From positions 1 through 7,254 of the forward strand of contig CAZNIQ010000028.1 in assembly GCA_964573185.1 (NCBI GenBank): a stretch of 7,254 nucleotides of DNA. The letters run 5' to 3'. Position numbers and translations under genes: made by a program. Positions 5,729-7,254 of this stretch are shown here, in pieces (position 1 is the stretch's first letter; each line of letters begins with the position of its first letter). The stretch is from Candidatus Woesearchaeota archaeon (GTDB lineage: Archaea > Nanobdellota > Nanobdellia > Nanobdellales > CAZNIQ01). The notes beneath the pieces are model-generated. The model was not told the origin of the DNA and searched no databases. It saw only the letters and a list, made by a program, of their open reading frames with translations.

Positions 5729-6749
5729 TCATTACTAAGAAAGCCTCTTCAAGTAGCCTATAAGCTGTGTACACTCTTTTTAGTGTTGGTATAAATACTT
5801 TTTCATAGAATTCATCGGCAAATTCCTTTATATCTTTATTAGCTTCTACCTTGTAAGGCATTATAAGATAACCCCGTAGGGAGCCTTTCATTTCACACTT
5901 CTTAGAAGTCCATCTCCTCTTAATACTGTGAGGGTCGGGATAGTAATCATAACATTCGATAGGAGGGTATGTAAGCACCTCTCCCCACAAAATAGACGGG
6001 TAGCACACTCTAGTATCTTGAATTAGTTCTTCTAGAGTCTTATCCAAGGAAAACTTGAAATGTGAAGGTATATGGTTCTCTCCTGTGAGAGTTCTAAAAA
6101 GATAGATTTTATTAACATGTTGCATATCTATAGCATTATATAAGTTTCCTGGAACCTCATAGAGAAGAAGGAAGAGCGATTTACTTGGAAAATAAACAGG
6201 ATAGAAATGATATGGTAGGGGTCTAATGCTTGAAAGTTTCGTTAAGCGATTTAATCTGTTATATTCTTCTCTATAAAATCTTGCTAACCAATATTTAACA
6301 AGAGCTATTAAGGGTTCATCTCCAATTCCCAATTTTTTAAAGGTACCTTCATAAACTCTCAAAATAAAGTCAAATTCTCTTCTATACTGGTCTATGATCC
6401 TTCTAAATACTGGTATGTAATATATTAAATCTTCATTTTCTTTTATAATAATCTCTGGATTTTTAAGAAAATCTCTTAATTCTTTAATATTTCTAAAAAC
6501 CTCATCTATAACGATAGTATAAAGGACATAAATATCTCTATCTTCTTCTTCAATATCTTCGAAATTTTCCTCTTCTTCAACATCAGCTTTTTCAAAATCT
6601 TTATTATTGCTTTCCTGGAAAATGAGCGGTATTATATGATACGTATCAAAAAATTTGCCATCTAAATCTGCATACTGCTCATATGTTCTTACAATTTTTC
6701 TACGCATCTCACAAACTTTTGCAACATCTTGTAATGTGACCTTTTTCAT
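5721..6749 (-). CDS. Hypothetical protein, 342 aa, no family recognised
   Basis: Long uninterrupted ORF in stop-rich AT-rich DNA, starting at ATG 6749. A TATA-like TTTAAAAT lies about 20 nt upstream. It contains the acidic run DVEEEENFEDIEEEDRD and a Tyr/Pro-rich C-terminal half (YPPIECYDYYPDPH). I found no catalytic motif I can name. Confidence 0.7.
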   Translation of the reverse strand: MKKVTLQDVAKVCEMRRKIVRTYEQYADLDGKFFDTYHIIPLIFQESNNKDFEKADVEEEENFEDIEEEDRDIYVLYTIVIDEVFRNIKELRDFLKNPEIIIKENEDLIYYIPVFRRIIDQYRREFDFILRVYEGTFKKLGIGDEPLIALVKYWLARFYREEYNRLNRLTKLSSIRPLPYHFYPVYFPSKSLFLLLYEVPGNLYNAIDMQHVNKIYLFRTLTGENHIPSHFKFSLDKTLEELIQDTRVCYPSILWGEVLTYPPIECYDYYPDPHSIKRRWTSKKCEMKGSLRGYLIMPYKVEANKDIKEFADEFYEKVFIPTLKRVYTAYRLLEEAFLVMIR

Positions 6750-6785
6750 ATACTAATTATAATAGTAAATTTTAAATTTGTTTTT

Positions 6786-6834
6786 TCAGAGAGGTTAAGC
6801 CTCATCATTCTCAGCGAGTGCCCAGGCTCTTCAT
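6786..6834 (-). ncRNA. C/D box sRNA candidate overlapping the 3' end of the upstream CDS in sense
   Basis: Minus strand: C AUGAAGA 6834-6828 (one mismatch); guide GCCUGGGCACUCG (13 nt); D' CUGA 6814-6811; spacer ga; C' AUGAUGA 6808-6802; guide GGCUUAACCUCU (12 nt); D CUGA 6789-6786. Confidence 0.65.
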
Positions 6835-7254
6835 TCTTATAATTCTTTTAGGAGTAACAATTAAATCTACTTTTTGATCATGCGGTTCCATTAAATAAGA
6901 CAAATCCTCAAAAACTTGTAAATCATGAACATTTGTTGCAATGACTACATCGGGATTTTTCTCCCTTAAAATCTTTATTTCTCTATCTCCAAAACCACCT
7001 CCTTTACCTATTCTATTTCCCTTTAAATCTACAGCTACAGAACCGACTAAAGCAAAATCTATTTTTGGAATTTCCCATCCGAGTATTTTAGCATGTCTCA
7101 AAATCTCTCTTAAAGAGTTAAAATATATATTTACTTTGCAAAAACCACTTCTCAATCTTGGAGTAGCCATATATACTTCTTTCCCATTCTCTAAAGCATA
7201 TTTAATTAGATGTCTTTGAGGAGTATCAGGAGAAACAAAAATTCTTTTAGCTTT
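6811..7254 (-). CDS. 5-formyltetrahydrofolate cyclo-ligase (MTHFS/YgfA) family protein, N-terminus outside the window
   Basis: NRIGKGGGFGDRE resembles the family motif RLGxGGG(Y/F)YDR; from memory, E. coli YgfA has RLGMGGGFYDR. Here the second aromatic residue is Gly. The frame stays open from 7170 to 7254 (KAKRIFVSPDTPQRHLIKYALENGKEVY-M...), so the Met at 7170 in the ORF track is internal and the gene is 5'-truncated by the window. Confidence 0.8.
   Translation of the reverse strand, partial: KAKRIFVSPDTPQRHLIKYALENGKEVYMATPRLRSGFCKVNIYFNSLREILRHAKILGWEIPKIDFALVGSVAVDLKGNRIGKGGGFGDREIKILREKNPDVVIATNVHDLQVFEDLSYLMEPHDQKVDLIVTPKRIIRMKSLGTR

Noticed and set aside
6941-7219. 92-aa plus-strand ORF
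   Set aside because: It is antisense to the 5-FCL-family CDS, whose GKGGGFGD motif identifies the true coding strand.
1-7254. Search for CRISPR arrays, terminal inverted repeats, integrase/transposase genes, and toxin-antitoxin or defence cassettes
   Set aside because: I found no spaced direct repeats, no IS-like ends and no recognisable defence or mobility protein motifs. The window looks like core housekeeping chromosome.

Overview
This is an AT-rich archaeal chromosomal segment (roughly 30% G+C by eye). It is very tightly packed, and its structural RNAs are strongly GC-rich, which suggests a hyperthermophile with a compact genome. The features look Crenarchaeota- or Nanoarchaeota/DPANN-like, but I cannot assign the organism.

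Supported protein genes:
- NOL1/NOP2/Sun RNA m5C methyltransferase (161-1255, -)
- single-domain T2SS-F/TadC/FlaJ-like membrane protein (1361-2137, -)
- UPF0282-like MBL-fold hydrolase (2194 or 2149 to 3051, +)
- GPN-loop GTPase (3159-3896, +)
- guanidino-group-modifying (arginine deiminase/DDAH/amidinotransferase-like) enzyme (3891-4676, -)
- TtuA/NcsA-type tRNA 2-thiolation PP-loop ATPase (4710-5618, +)
- 342-aa orphan protein (5721-6749, -)
- 5-formyltetrahydrofolate cyclo-ligase family gene that runs off the right edge (6811-7254, -)

RNA genes:
- tRNA-Thr(UGU) at 1286-1359 (-).
- tRNA-Tyr(GUA) at 3033-3117 (-), with an 11-nt intron.
- Three C/D box sRNA candidates that are absent from the ORF track: one textbook (5681-5728, +) and two with one degenerate box each (6786-6834, -; 2168-2216, +). 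Each is physically nested on the end of a protein gene.

Most start codons have an A/T-rich TATA-like box about 25 nt upstream and no Shine-Dalgarno sequence, which suggests leaderless mRNAs. I see no CRISPR array, transposase, integrase or recognisable defence gene.

The most unusual content is the set of 2'-O-methylation guide RNAs overlapping CDS starts and stops, together with the orphan gene they bracket. All family calls come from motif recognition by eye. No database search or folding was run.
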